Below, piece after piece: positions 1 through 9,392 of a stretch of 64,000 bases of DNA. Made by a program: the position numbers and the translations under genes. Each line of letters begins with the position of its first letter. Within the stretch, counting starts at the first letter, position 1. Under the pieces are notes generated by a model that saw only the letters and a program-made list of their open reading frames with translations, had not been told where the DNA came from and searched no databases. The DNA is from Opitutia bacterium (GTDB lineage: Bacteria; Verrucomicrobiota; Verrucomicrobiia; Opitutales; Opitutaceae): NCBI GenBank assembly GCA_947478395.1, contig CANJVR010000001.1:576001-640000 (forward strand), given 5' to 3'.

Positions 1-1166
1 GCCGGAGGGGCGCCGTGATAAAGTTTCTGCAAACTCTCCGCCGTCGGCCCCTTCGTCTGGTTAAACGGCCCGGTGACGATCAGATTGTTGATGAAATGCT
101 CGGTTGGCGATTTGCCCACACGCTGGGTGCTCTCGTTCGGATTCGGCGCGCCATACGCCGCCGGCAGGCGCTCGTAGATCTTGATCAACGACACGGCGAG
201 CCAGTGCTCGCCGGCCGCCACCCGCGTGCGAATCGTCTCGTGCAATCCGTTCATCTCGCCGCCGGGTCCGATCGGCACGCTCACCTCTTTGATGAGCTTC
301 CCGTCGATCCAGAACGCCACGCGACACGGGTCGGAGCCGATCGGTTTAAACCCGCGCACAAAACCTGTCAGGTCGTAGTCCGCCTCGACCGGAAATCGGT
401 GCGTCACATGCAGCGAATATGGCATGCTCAGCCCCGTTTCGTCGTAGACCTGTTTTACCGCCTTCGTCGTGTCGAAATCGATGTACCACGGCTGGTGCGT
501 GTACGACGTCGGCTTCACCGCCTCGACGCCGTAAACCGCCGTGCGCGAGACCTTCTCCGCGGCCTTCAGGTATTTCTCCGTCAGCAACGGCGAAAGCGAA
601 AGCACATCGCCGTTGTTATCGAAGCCGTAACCGGAGTCGTCCGGGGGAAAATCGTCCGCCGGCATGAAATTCACCCCAAGCAGATCACGCACGGTGTTGT
701 TGTACTCGGACCGGTTCAGCCGCCGCGGTGCCACGCGCCCGACATACGCCGGCGCCGCCGCATCCTGGCGGTCAAACTCGGCGAGCAGCCACGTCGTCAC
801 GGAGCGCAACTCGGCGGCATCGGGACGCGGCTCGTCTTTCGGCGGCATTTCGCCGTGGCGGAGTTTGTCGTAGATCGACTCCCACTTCGTCCTATCGGTC
901 TGCAGCGAGTGCGCTTCGGTGAGTGGCTCCAGGTCCAGTTTGCCCTTCTGAGTCGCTGAATCGTGGCAGTCCATGCAATTGCCGGCGATGAACGGCTGCA
1001 CGATTTTTTTGAAATCCGCCGCACGCGCTTCAATCCGCGCCGGATTTAATTCTGACGGGCCCGGAGCAGGGACGCCAGCGGCTCTCCCGCCACTGGTCCC
1101 CGATAGCAAAGCGAAAACCATGATCACGCCGGGGGCCGTGTGTCGAAAAGCCAGCATGAAAAACAT
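1..1166 (-). CDS. DUF1592-family (Planctomycete cytochrome c + DUF1587...) secreted protein, partial; runs off the left edge
   Basis: Not in the ORF track because there is no stop in the window. Manual translation gives MFFMLAFRHTAPGVIMVFALLS...FIAGNCMDCHDSATQKGKLDL...EMPPKD...RRLNRSEYNNTVRDLLGVNFMPADDFPPDDSGYGFDN, which has a CxxCH and closely matches the 20185-23124 protein. Confidence 0.88.
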   Translation of the reverse strand, partial: MFFMLAFRHTAPGVIMVFALLSGTSGGRAAGVPAPGPSELNPARIEARAADFKKIVQPFIAGNCMDCHDSATQKGKLDLEPLTEAHSLQTDRTKWESIYDKLRHGEMPPKDEPRPDAAELRSVTTWLLAEFDRQDAAAPAYVGRVAPRRLNRSEYNNTVRDLLGVNFMPADDFPPDDSGYGFDNNGDVLSLSPLLTEKYLKAAEKVSRTAVYGVEAVKPTSYTHQPWYIDFDTTKAVKQVYDETGLSMPYSLHVTHRFPVEADYDLTGFVRGFKPIGSDPCRVAFWIDGKLIKEVSVPIGPGGEMNGLHETIRTRVAAGEHWLAVSLIKIYERLPAAYGAPNPNESTQRVGKSPTEHFINNLIVTGPFNQTKGPTAESLQKLYHGAPP

Positions 1167-1411
1167 TTTCCTAAACGGGAGCAGCCGGGGTGGCCGCTCG
1201 GGGTTGTGGCATCACGAAAACGCACGCAATCTTTGTGTCAATGCGCGCGACGAGGTTTCCTGCGCCAGCACTCCTCTCGCTCGCCGACCAAGGCGCGGAG
1301 ATGGGAGTGAGGTAACACCAGGCGCCCGAAGCCATCTGCAGCGGAAGTGCAAACGCCGCGCTCCTTCGCGAGTCACCGCGGGCACCAGGTTTTGCTCTGA
1401 ACATACGGGCA

Positions 1412-4400
1412 TCAAAAACTGACGGTCGTCGACAACGTGATCTTGCGCGGTTCCTCGACGAAGAAGCCGGATAATATCTGCTGGCGCGGATTACCGTTAA
1501 GGAGCTGATTGGCCGTGACCAAGTTCCACGCCGCGCCGCTGCCGGCCGTGTTGCGGCCCCAAGTTGGCTCTTTGTTGTCGAAGGGGTTCGTAATGTTGAT
1601 TTGGAACCGGGCCTGATATTTTCCGAACCGGCGGGTGTAGTTGGCACCCGCAGAGTAGACGTAGCTTGGCGGCACCCAGAGATAGTCGAACGCGGCCTGC
1701 GCGGTTTGCTTCGCGGTCGGAGTGGTGGTGTTAAATTTGATCTGGGGATCGACGCTGTTGTACTTTGTATGGCCGCGATAGTTGACCCCGGCTACGACGG
1801 CGAAGCCCCGCAGTTTGCCTTCGCGGAAGGCATACCTGCCGCTGAAATTGATTCGATGGCGTGCGTTGTTATCAGCGAGCGTGCCCGTGGTCAGTCCATT
1901 GAGGCTGTTTTCGATGTTCAGGAGCGCATCCCGGACGAGTTGCGTGTTGAGCGTCGTGCGCCCGCCACCGTTGGGGACCACCACGCCATTCCCCAATGCC
2001 GCCCCCGCTTGCCACTCGGCCAGGTGATCGGCGATATACGCCTGGCGAAAGACGCTCTCCGATTGAATATAAGAAAGGGGATGCGAATAATTGGCCGTGA
2101 GCGTAATATTGCGCGTTGGATTCGCGGTCAACTCCACCTCCCAGCCTTCCAATTTGCGCGCCGAGAGATCCGAGTAGTTGAACTCCGCGGTGGTCAGGGC
2201 CGGATTGGTATAGCCGAGGTTAAGCCAGATGTTGCGAATGTCCGCCTGGCTACCGAAGCCGCTGACGATGTTCTGCTGATCGGTGTTATAGTGCGAGACG
2301 GTCAGGTAGACCTTGCCGCCGGGGACCGAGTAACGCAGGCCAAAATCCACGGTCTTGGCACTGCTCGCCGGAGCGGGCTCACCCGTGATGAGGGCGGCTG
2401 AATTGCCGGTTCCGGGCGCTTGATTATTTTCCGAGTAGTTGGCCACAAACCCCAAGGGGAACAGCCAGCGGAGGGTTCCTTCGCTGCGCATCGGAAAGGG
2501 GTAGGCGACCACGCCAGCAGCCGAGGACTGATTACCCGCGGACCGCTTGATATGCACCCCCGGAGCTCCGCTCCCGAGGACGTTCTGGTAGTCGGGCGCG
2601 CCGGTGGAGCCGAAGCGAGGCAGGTTATCGACGTCGCTGTCGTCCTTCCGGAAACTGGCGGAGATGGCCAGCTTCTCGTTGAAGAAGGCCGATTGCGACG
2701 ACAAGGACCCGTATTTCAGCGTCCGATCTGTCTTGGTACCCGCGGTCTGAACATTGACCCATTTGCCGGGCATCACTTTGTTCGGATCGGTCAGCACCGG
2801 CGCATACCTTTGGCGGGGATCCTCCCAATAACGGCGAAAAGTGAGGGCGTTCACGGAGTTGAAGGGGTCGGCCTGCAGCGGATTGTCGACTCGGCGCCAG
2901 GCATCGCTCATCGTTTCATTTTTCGTCATCCGGTAGCCGACGTTGACCGTGAGCAGCTGCTTGTAATCGAATAAAGATGGCTTGAAGAAGCGGTAACTGG
3001 CGATCCCCCGGACCTCGTTCACGGCGTCCTGGCTGTAACCGCGAACCTGGGCGACGTCGGCGTAAACCTTGAGAAATTTCGGATTGGCGCGCCCGTCTGG
3101 CAGCAGCCGGTTGACATCGATACGAGCCTCATTGGGGGTATTCTGTAGATAGCGCGGCATGATGTCGTATACGTTCTGGGTATAACCAAGCTGCAGGGAG
3201 AGGTTGCCCACGCGATGCTCGGCCGTGACCGCCAGCGTCTGGCCGTCGCGATCAATGATCTGGTCACTGCCTGGGAGGGTGAACTTCCGGTCAAAACTGC
3301 TCGGGAACGATCTGAAGGGCGAAGCCGGAACGTTGGGATTGCCCGTATAAGGGATGCGGAAGTTGGTGCCCCGGGTGCGATATTGATTACCCTTGTAATT
3401 CAACATTTCGTTGATGCCAAAATTCCAAATGAATAAATCATTCGTGGCACTGACCTGTTCCAAGCCGACTGAGGTCAGGGAAGCGGCGGCGTTGCTCAAC
3501 AGCGCTGAGTTGTCGCTGTTAACCGTGGTGTTGTTCCAAAATTGAGTCGAATCCTGGATGGTGAAACTGAATATGTTTCGTTCCTCTGCGACTTTTTCGA
3601 ATGAGGCGGTGATCTGGGTATTGTCGGTCACCTTGACGACCCCGCCGATCGTGATGCCGTTTTTTCTCCGGTTCATGTCGCTCTGGTAGGGGGGCTGGTT
3701 CTCCTTCAGCAGGTTCAAGCGCAGCGCGAAGCGATCCCAGCCCTTGTTGTAGTCCAAGGTGGCGCGGTAGCCTTCCCAACTGTCGATCTGCCCACTCAAC
3801 GTGGTCGACGTGAGGTTAAACCGCCCCCGCTTGCTGCTACTGCCTTGGCGGCCACCGGGGCCACCGTCGCCGAACATCGTCGAATCGGGCCCTCGGGTGA
3901 ACTCGAATCGTTCAGAGTTATAGCTGTCGGCAATGCCGAAGTTCAGGTTGCCGTCACGGGTCGGGAAGTTTCCATCGGACGGTGCGCCGCGGAATTGGGC
4001 GCGATACGTCGCGCTCGTGTCCGTGGTGGAATTGGGCGTCGCGCTCTCGAGTTCCATCCCGACGGTCCACATCGCGGCATCATTGATATTGGTGATATTG
4101 AAGTCCTCTAGAAACTCCTTCGTCATGATCGAAATCGCGCCGGGTGTGATCGCGAGCGGCGTGTCGACGCGGCCGCCGGAAAGCGTGTTGCCTGCGGCAT
4201 AGCCCACGTCCTTCGACGTGGAGACCTCAAAGGGCGTGAGCACGATGGCCGCATTTGCCTTGGATTCGTCGGCTCGCATTTCCTCGAGTTCGGCTGGATC
4301 GAGGATGCCGTTTTTGTTTTGGTCGTATTTGGCGAGGTTATCCCGCGCGGGAGGCGGAGTAGTTGGCGTCTGCCCATACACGTGTATTGCAGCGAAGACG

Positions 4401-4459
4401 CTGAGCATCGACGCAAGAGCACGACCGATAAAAAACGACATGGGGTTCAATGCAGGCAT
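1412..4459 (-). CDS. TonB-dependent receptor (1015 aa)
   Basis: Signal peptide, TonB-box-like IVLTPFEVSTSKDVGY, plug segment (FEFTRGPDSTMFGDGGPGG), beta-barrel character and C-terminal Phe (TTVSF). Confidence 0.92.
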   Translation of the reverse strand: MPALNPMSFFIGRALASMLSVFAAIHVYGQTPTTPPPARDNLAKYDQNKNGILDPAELEEMRADESKANAAIVLTPFEVSTSKDVGYAAGNTLSGGRVDTPLAITPGAISIMTKEFLEDFNITNINDAAMWTVGMELESATPNSTTDTSATYRAQFRGAPSDGNFPTRDGNLNFGIADSYNSERFEFTRGPDSTMFGDGGPGGRQGSSSKRGRFNLTSTTLSGQIDSWEGYRATLDYNKGWDRFALRLNLLKENQPPYQSDMNRRKNGITIGGVVKVTDNTQITASFEKVAEERNIFSFTIQDSTQFWNNTTVNSDNSALLSNAAASLTSVGLEQVSATNDLFIWNFGINEMLNYKGNQYRTRGTNFRIPYTGNPNVPASPFRSFPSSFDRKFTLPGSDQIIDRDGQTLAVTAEHRVGNLSLQLGYTQNVYDIMPRYLQNTPNEARIDVNRLLPDGRANPKFLKVYADVAQVRGYSQDAVNEVRGIASYRFFKPSLFDYKQLLTVNVGYRMTKNETMSDAWRRVDNPLQADPFNSVNALTFRRYWEDPRQRYAPVLTDPNKVMPGKWVNVQTAGTKTDRTLKYGSLSSQSAFFNEKLAISASFRKDDSDVDNLPRFGSTGAPDYQNVLGSGAPGVHIKRSAGNQSSAAGVVAYPFPMRSEGTLRWLFPLGFVANYSENNQAPGTGNSAALITGEPAPASSAKTVDFGLRYSVPGGKVYLTVSHYNTDQQNIVSGFGSQADIRNIWLNLGYTNPALTTAEFNYSDLSARKLEGWEVELTANPTRNITLTANYSHPLSYIQSESVFRQAYIADHLAEWQAGAALGNGVVVPNGGGRTTLNTQLVRDALLNIENSLNGLTTGTLADNNARHRINFSGRYAFREGKLRGFAVVAGVNYRGHTKYNSVDPQIKFNTTTPTAKQTAQAAFDYLWVPPSYVYSAGANYTRRFGKYQARFQINITNPFDNKEPTWGRNTAGSGAAWNLVTANQLLNGNPRQQILSGFFVEEPRKITLSTTVSF

Positions 4460-4594
4460 AGTAGTAGGGGGGGAACGGACACGATCTGACTGGTTTTCGC
4501 TGCTGCGCGAATCGGTTTAGGGGTAACCGAAAAAAGGGATCGAAGAGGGGCGGACGCAGATTCAAGGCCGATGATCAACTGTCAACCTCCCACA

Positions 4595-4611
4595 TGCAAA
4601 ACCGGTTAGCA
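4595..4611. promoter_or_regulatory. Candidate LacI-family operator upstream of the TonB receptor, near a minus-strand TTGACA (4580-4585)
   Basis: TGCAAAACCGGTTAGCA is an imperfect CG-centred palindrome resembling the LacI consensus TGNAANCGNTTNCA. Confidence 0.35.
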
Positions 4612-4962
4612 GATGCCTATTTCGGACGCGATGACGCCGCGGCTTTCCCACCGGCCTCCATTTCGGAGACACTAGCACCGAGCGTTATCCCTTGGTGGCA
4701 CTGCACGGCCATCCGCAGTGCAGATCCGTGAACCAGGTCCGCCCAGGGGCCGCATCGCGACTGCCTCTCGTTTCAAATATCCGCGAGAAAATGCCGGGAG
4801 AAGAAACCGGCCACTCCCACGTGCGCTCGCCTCCGTCGCCGTTGCGGGACCGTCCAAATCTGGCACCCTTGTCTCAGGTGCGCCGTCGCCCAACCTCGGA
4901 CCGCCCCAAGTCTCGGTTCTGTCTTTCGCACAGGTGGACTCGCCCTCAGTGTTATTTTCTCC

Positions 4963-6174
4963 ATGAATTTCCGTCCCACATTTCTTCGCTCCGTCGCACT
5001 GGCCAGCGCTGCATTACTGCCGCTCCTCACCTCCGGAGCTGAGGATAAATTCGCCGGCGTACCCACTGCCGTTCAGCCCTTCGTCGACCAGGGTGAAATC
5101 TCCGGCGCCGTCATGCTGCTGGCCGATCGCGATCACGTCCTGCATGTTTCCGCCGTCGGGCAGAGCGATCTCGCGACCGGGCGCAAGATGCGCACCGACG
5201 ATATCTTCTGGATCGCGTCCATGACGAAGCCGATGACCGTCACCTGCGTCGCGCTCCTCGCCGATGAAGGGAAGCTGGGCTTCGACGATCCGGTCGAGAA
5301 ATACATCCCGGAGTTTCGTCGTCTCTGGCTCCAGCAAGACCAGACCGCCGATCATCTCTCGCTCGTGAAGCCGGCGCGGCCAATCACGCTCCGCGATCTC
5401 GCCACGCACACGAGCGGTCTCGGCGAATACACCGTGACCGATCCCCATTGGAGCCTCGCCGCCATGAGCAAGGTCCTGTCCCGCGAGCCGCTCCGTTTCG
5501 CGCCGGGTAGCCGATGGGGTTACTCGACGGCGGGCATCGACGCCCTCGGCCGCGTGGTCGAAATCGTGAGCGGGATGCCGTTTTCCGACTTCATGCAAAA
5601 GCGCATCCTCGATCCGCTCGGCATGAAGAACACCACCTGGTGGATTTCACCCGAACAGGAAAAACGCCGCGCGCACACCTACGTGCTCAACGCCCAAACC
5701 AAAAAACTCGAAGAGACGCCCATCTTTTACATGTACAGCGGGGCGGTCACCGATCACGCGCGTCCGCCTCTCGGCGGTGCGGGATTGTTCTCCACCGCGG
5801 AGGATGTCGCGAAGTTTTATCAGATGATGCTGCACGGCGGGGAATTCGCCGGTAAACGCATCGTCAAGGCCGAGACCGTTGCGGAGATGACGCGCAAGCA
5901 AACGGGCGAACTGCGCGCCCGCGCCGGCATGCCATGGGGACTCGGTTTCTGCGTCGTGGAAGATCCGCAACAAATGGAGGCCAATAAAATCTTTTCGCCG
6001 GGTACCTTCGGCCACGGCGGTGCGTTCGGCACCCAGAGCTGGGCCGATCCAACCCGCGGCCTAGTTTATGTTTTCATGATCCAGCGCGACAAGATCCCGA
6101 ACAACCCCGACAACTCGCCGATGCGCCGCGCTTATCAGGACGGAATCGTCGCCGGGCTCGCGGCCGGAAAATAG
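4963..6174 (+). CDS. Serine hydrolase, beta-lactamase/AmpC-like family (probable esterase), secreted
   Basis: SxxK (ASMTK), LATHTSGL, YST and GHGGAFGT motifs, plus a signal peptide. Confidence 0.9.
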   Translation: MNFRPTFLRSVALASAALLPLLTSGAEDKFAGVPTAVQPFVDQGEISGAVMLLADRDHVLHVSAVGQSDLATGRKMRTDDIFWIASMTKPMTVTCVALLADEGKLGFDDPVEKYIPEFRRLWLQQDQTADHLSLVKPARPITLRDLATHTSGLGEYTVTDPHWSLAAMSKVLSREPLRFAPGSRWGYSTAGIDALGRVVEIVSGMPFSDFMQKRILDPLGMKNTTWWISPEQEKRRAHTYVLNAQTKKLEETPIFYMYSGAVTDHARPPLGGAGLFSTAEDVAKFYQMMLHGGEFAGKRIVKAETVAEMTRKQTGELRARAGMPWGLGFCVVEDPQQMEANKIFSPGTFGHGGAFGTQSWADPTRGLVYVFMIQRDKIPNNPDNSPMRRAYQDGIVAGLAAGK

Positions 6175-6203
6175 CAACATCCACCGCCTTCCTGGGAAAA
6201 AAT

Positions 6204-6283
6204 GCAGGCGGGGTGCCCCCACCCCGCAACGTCGCCGCCAACGAGCGATCACCTCAAACACGGGGTGAGGGCTCACGGCCCAC
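6204..6283. repeat. Degenerate REP doublet (GGCGGGGTGCCCYCACCCCGC...CGGGGTGAGGGC)
   Basis: Inverted pair homologous to the outer arms at 60428-60546. Confidence 0.7.
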
Positions 6284-6296
6284 ACCCAAACACTTT

Positions 6297-9251
6297 ATGC
6301 GCCTCGCTGTTCTCCTCCCCGTGCTCGCCGCAACTTACCTCGGCGCCTCCGCCCTGCACGCCGCACCCGAAACCAAATCCCTCGCCGGCGAGTGGCGCTT
6401 TGCGCTCGATCGCACCGCGGAACAGCGCGAGCCCAGCACCAAACCGGTGCTGCCTTTTCCCGTCGGCGACGGCGTGACCCAGGAGTGGTTCAAGCGCGCC
6501 CTGCCCGAGCGCGAGCGCATCAAACTCCCCGGCGTGCTGCAGGCGCAGGGCTTCGGCAATCCGATCAGCACCTCGACGCCGTGGGTCGTCGCGCTCGGCG
6601 ACGCCTGGTGGAATCTCCAGCCGGCGGCGTTGCGCGATCACTTTTCCCAGCCGGGCAAAGTGGAAGTTCCTTTTCTCGCGCAACCGCCGATGCACTACCT
6701 CGGCGCCGCGTGGTATCAGCGTGAGATTGACGTACCGGACGCCTGGAAAGGAAAACGCCTCGCGCTCTTCCTCGAACGGCCGCACTGGGAAACTACCGTC
6801 TGGCTCGACGACCAAAAGATCGGCTCCAACAACAGCCTCGTCGCCCCGCACGAATACGAGCTCGGCCTCGCCACTCCCGGCAAACACCGCCTCACGATCC
6901 GCGTCGACAATCGTCAGGTCGTGCGCGACGCGCAAAACGACGGCCACGGCGTCGACTCGCACGCCATCTCCGATGCGCTCGGCGCCACCTGGAACGGCAT
7001 CGTCGGCCGCATCGAGGTGACTGCAACTTCGCCCGTCTGGATCGACGACGCCCAGGTGTTCCCGAACGTCGCGCAGAAATCCGCCGCGATTAAGGTGCAC
7101 ATCGGAAATGCCACAGGACAGAGTGGTGTTGGCACGGTTTCCGTTGGAAAAATTTCCGCGCCCGTGAGCTGGGACCATTCCGGGGGCACCGCGACGATCG
7201 AGGTTGCCTTGGGCGAGCAGGCCGCGACTTGGGATGAATTTCACCCGACCCTTCAGCACCTCACCGTCACTCTGAAAAGCGCGAACGCGAGTGCCGAAGA
7301 CTCCCGCAACGTCACCTTCGGGCTCCGGGAAATCGTCGGGCGCGATCACGATCTCATCCTTAACGGCCGCGTCGTGAATCTCCGCACCACGCATTTTGGC
7401 GGCGATTTTCCTCTCACCGGCCATCCCGCGATGGATGTCGCGGCGTGGCAGAAAATTTTCCGCACATGTCAGGACTTCGGCCTGAACGGCATGCGCTTCC
7501 ATTCGTGGTGCCCGCCCGAGGCCGCGTTCGTCGCCGCCGACGAACTCGGGTTCTACCTCCAGCCGGAACTCGGGCTCTGGGTGCCGTTCTCCGTCGGCAG
7601 CGTGTACACGAAATACATGGAGGAGGAAACGCCACGCCTGCTCCGCGCATACGGCAATCATCCGTCGTTCGTCCTTTTTTCCCCGGCCAACGAACCCGGC
7701 GGACGCTACACCGAGGTCACACCGAAGTGGGCCAAAGACTGGTACGAAAAAGATCCGCGGCGTCTCTACTCCGCCGGCACCGGCTGGAATAATCCGGCCC
7801 AGGTCAACGGCGGCGCGCAGTTCGCCGCACTCGTGCGTTTCGCCCCCGGTGAGTTGCGCAACTCGACCGCCTGGTTCGGCAAAGATTATCGCGCTGCGCT
7901 CACGAACGCGCACATCCCCGTGCTCGCGCATGAGGTCGGCCAGTGGTGCGCCTACCCGGATTTCGATATCATCAAAAAATTCACCGGCTACCTGCGGCCA
8001 TCGAACTACAATATTTTCCGCACCATCGCCGAGCAAACGGGCGCCCTCGAGTACAACCACGCGTTCGCCCACGCGTCCGGACGTTTTCAATTGATGTGCT
8101 ACAAAGAGGAGATCGAGGCGAACTTCCGCACGCCCGGGCTCGCCGGCGTCCAGTTACTCGACCTCCACGATTATCTCGGCCAGGGCACCGCGCTCATCGG
8201 CGTGCTCGACGCGTTTTGGGAATCGAAAGGCTACGTGACCGCCAGCGAGTTTCGCCGCTTCAGCGGATCCGTCGTTCCGCTCGCGCGACTTGAACAGCGC
8301 ACCTTCACGACGGCTGAAAAACTCACGTCCGACGTCGAGCTCTACAACTTCGCCGATCAGCCCCGCGCCGGCGCGATCCCGTTTTGGAAAATCGTGGATG
8401 CTTCCGGTCGCGCCCTCGTGCAGGGCGAATGGCCGGCCCGTGACCTCCCTCTCGGGAAAAATATTTCGCTCGGCCAAGTCTCGGTCGAACTCGCAAAAAT
8501 TCCGGCGCCCGGCGCCTACAAACTCGTCGTCGGCCTGAAAGGTTCTTCCGTCGAGAACGACTGGAATTTCTGGCTCTACCCGGCGGCCCCGACGGCCGAT
8601 ACACCGACCGACGTGCTCGTCACGTCCACGTGGGCCGACGCCGCAGCGCGGCTCGCCGCCGGCGGCAAAGTTGTCTTCACGCCCACCGCGGCCGAACTCG
8701 ATCCCGCGCGCAGCCCGCCGCTGAAACGCGTGCCGGTGTTCTGGAATATTCAGATGACGGTGCGTCCGCCGACCGCCAACACGCCCAAGTTCGATGCGAT
8801 GCTCGGACTGCTCTGCGATCCAAAACATCCCGCGCTGGCGAAGTTTCCCACCGAGGCGAGTTGCGACTGGCAATGGACGCCGCTCATCGACGGCGTGCGC
8901 TCGGTCAATCTCACGGACGCGCCGCGCGAGTTGAAACCCATCGTCGCCGCGATCGACGACTGGAATCGCAATTGGCGTCTCGGCGTGGTGTTCGAATGCG
9001 CGGTCGGCCCCGGTCGCCTGCTCGTCTCCACCATCAATCTCGCCGGCAACACCCCTGGCGCCCAACAACTGCGGCGCTCGCTGCTCGACTACGCCAATAC
9101 CCAAGCGTTCGCGCCGAAAGCCAAACTCACACCGGAACAGGTCGCCAAACTCTGGTCCCGCGGCCCCGCGGCCGCACCGGCCGCCGCACCGCGCGCGCTC
9201 GACCCCGATCTCGACGACGGCTCCGGCCGCCCCAAATCACAAAAAACTTAA
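6297..9251 (+). CDS. Glycoside hydrolase family 2 (beta-galactosidase/glucuronidase-like), secreted
   Basis: Motifs YLGAAWYQREI, FGLREI, RFHSWCPPEAAF..ADELG, NHPSFV..PANEP and HEVGQW. Start MRLAVLL chosen because it begins a signal peptide. Confidence 0.88.
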   Translation: MRLAVLLPVLAATYLGASALHAAPETKSLAGEWRFALDRTAEQREPSTKPVLPFPVGDGVTQEWFKRALPERERIKLPGVLQAQGFGNPISTSTPWVVALGDAWWNLQPAALRDHFSQPGKVEVPFLAQPPMHYLGAAWYQREIDVPDAWKGKRLALFLERPHWETTVWLDDQKIGSNNSLVAPHEYELGLATPGKHRLTIRVDNRQVVRDAQNDGHGVDSHAISDALGATWNGIVGRIEVTATSPVWIDDAQVFPNVAQKSAAIKVHIGNATGQSGVGTVSVGKISAPVSWDHSGGTATIEVALGEQAATWDEFHPTLQHLTVTLKSANASAEDSRNVTFGLREIVGRDHDLILNGRVVNLRTTHFGGDFPLTGHPAMDVAAWQKIFRTCQDFGLNGMRFHSWCPPEAAFVAADELGFYLQPELGLWVPFSVGSVYTKYMEEETPRLLRAYGNHPSFVLFSPANEPGGRYTEVTPKWAKDWYEKDPRRLYSAGTGWNNPAQVNGGAQFAALVRFAPGELRNSTAWFGKDYRAALTNAHIPVLAHEVGQWCAYPDFDIIKKFTGYLRPSNYNIFRTIAEQTGALEYNHAFAHASGRFQLMCYKEEIEANFRTPGLAGVQLLDLHDYLGQGTALIGVLDAFWESKGYVTASEFRRFSGSVVPLARLEQRTFTTAEKLTSDVELYNFADQPRAGAIPFWKIVDASGRALVQGEWPARDLPLGKNISLGQVSVELAKIPAPGAYKLVVGLKGSSVENDWNFWLYPAAPTADTPTDVLVTSTWADAAARLAAGGKVVFTPTAAELDPARSPPLKRVPVFWNIQMTVRPPTANTPKFDAMLGLLCDPKHPALAKFPTEASCDWQWTPLIDGVRSVNLTDAPRELKPIVAAIDDWNRNWRLGVVFECAVGPGRLLVSTINLAGNTPGAQQLRRSLLDYANTQAFAPKAKLTPEQVAKLWSRGPAAAPAAAPRALDPDLDDGSGRPKSQKT

Positions 9252-9392
9252 GAGCCCAAAAAAATAGCATTTCGCCGGTCGTAGGTCAGCGCGCTGGCCT
9301 TCAAAGGATGAACTGCCCTCCACTCCGTTCCGAAATTCATCCGTGATATCCGCGCCATCCGTGTCCAAAGCTTTAGATTCCAATTTCCCCGC

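Noticed and set aside
15..959. 314-aa plus-strand ORF and other long antisense ORFs (e.g. 6273-8090, 23487-25181, 50047-51630, 51849-53741)
   Set aside because: Shadow ORFs opposite clearly recognisable genes, expected in high-GC DNA.
4963..6174. Antibiotic-resistance beta-lactamase
   Set aside because: The motif variants (YST, HGG instead of KTG) and the carbohydrate-esterase context point to an esterase-type serine hydrolase.
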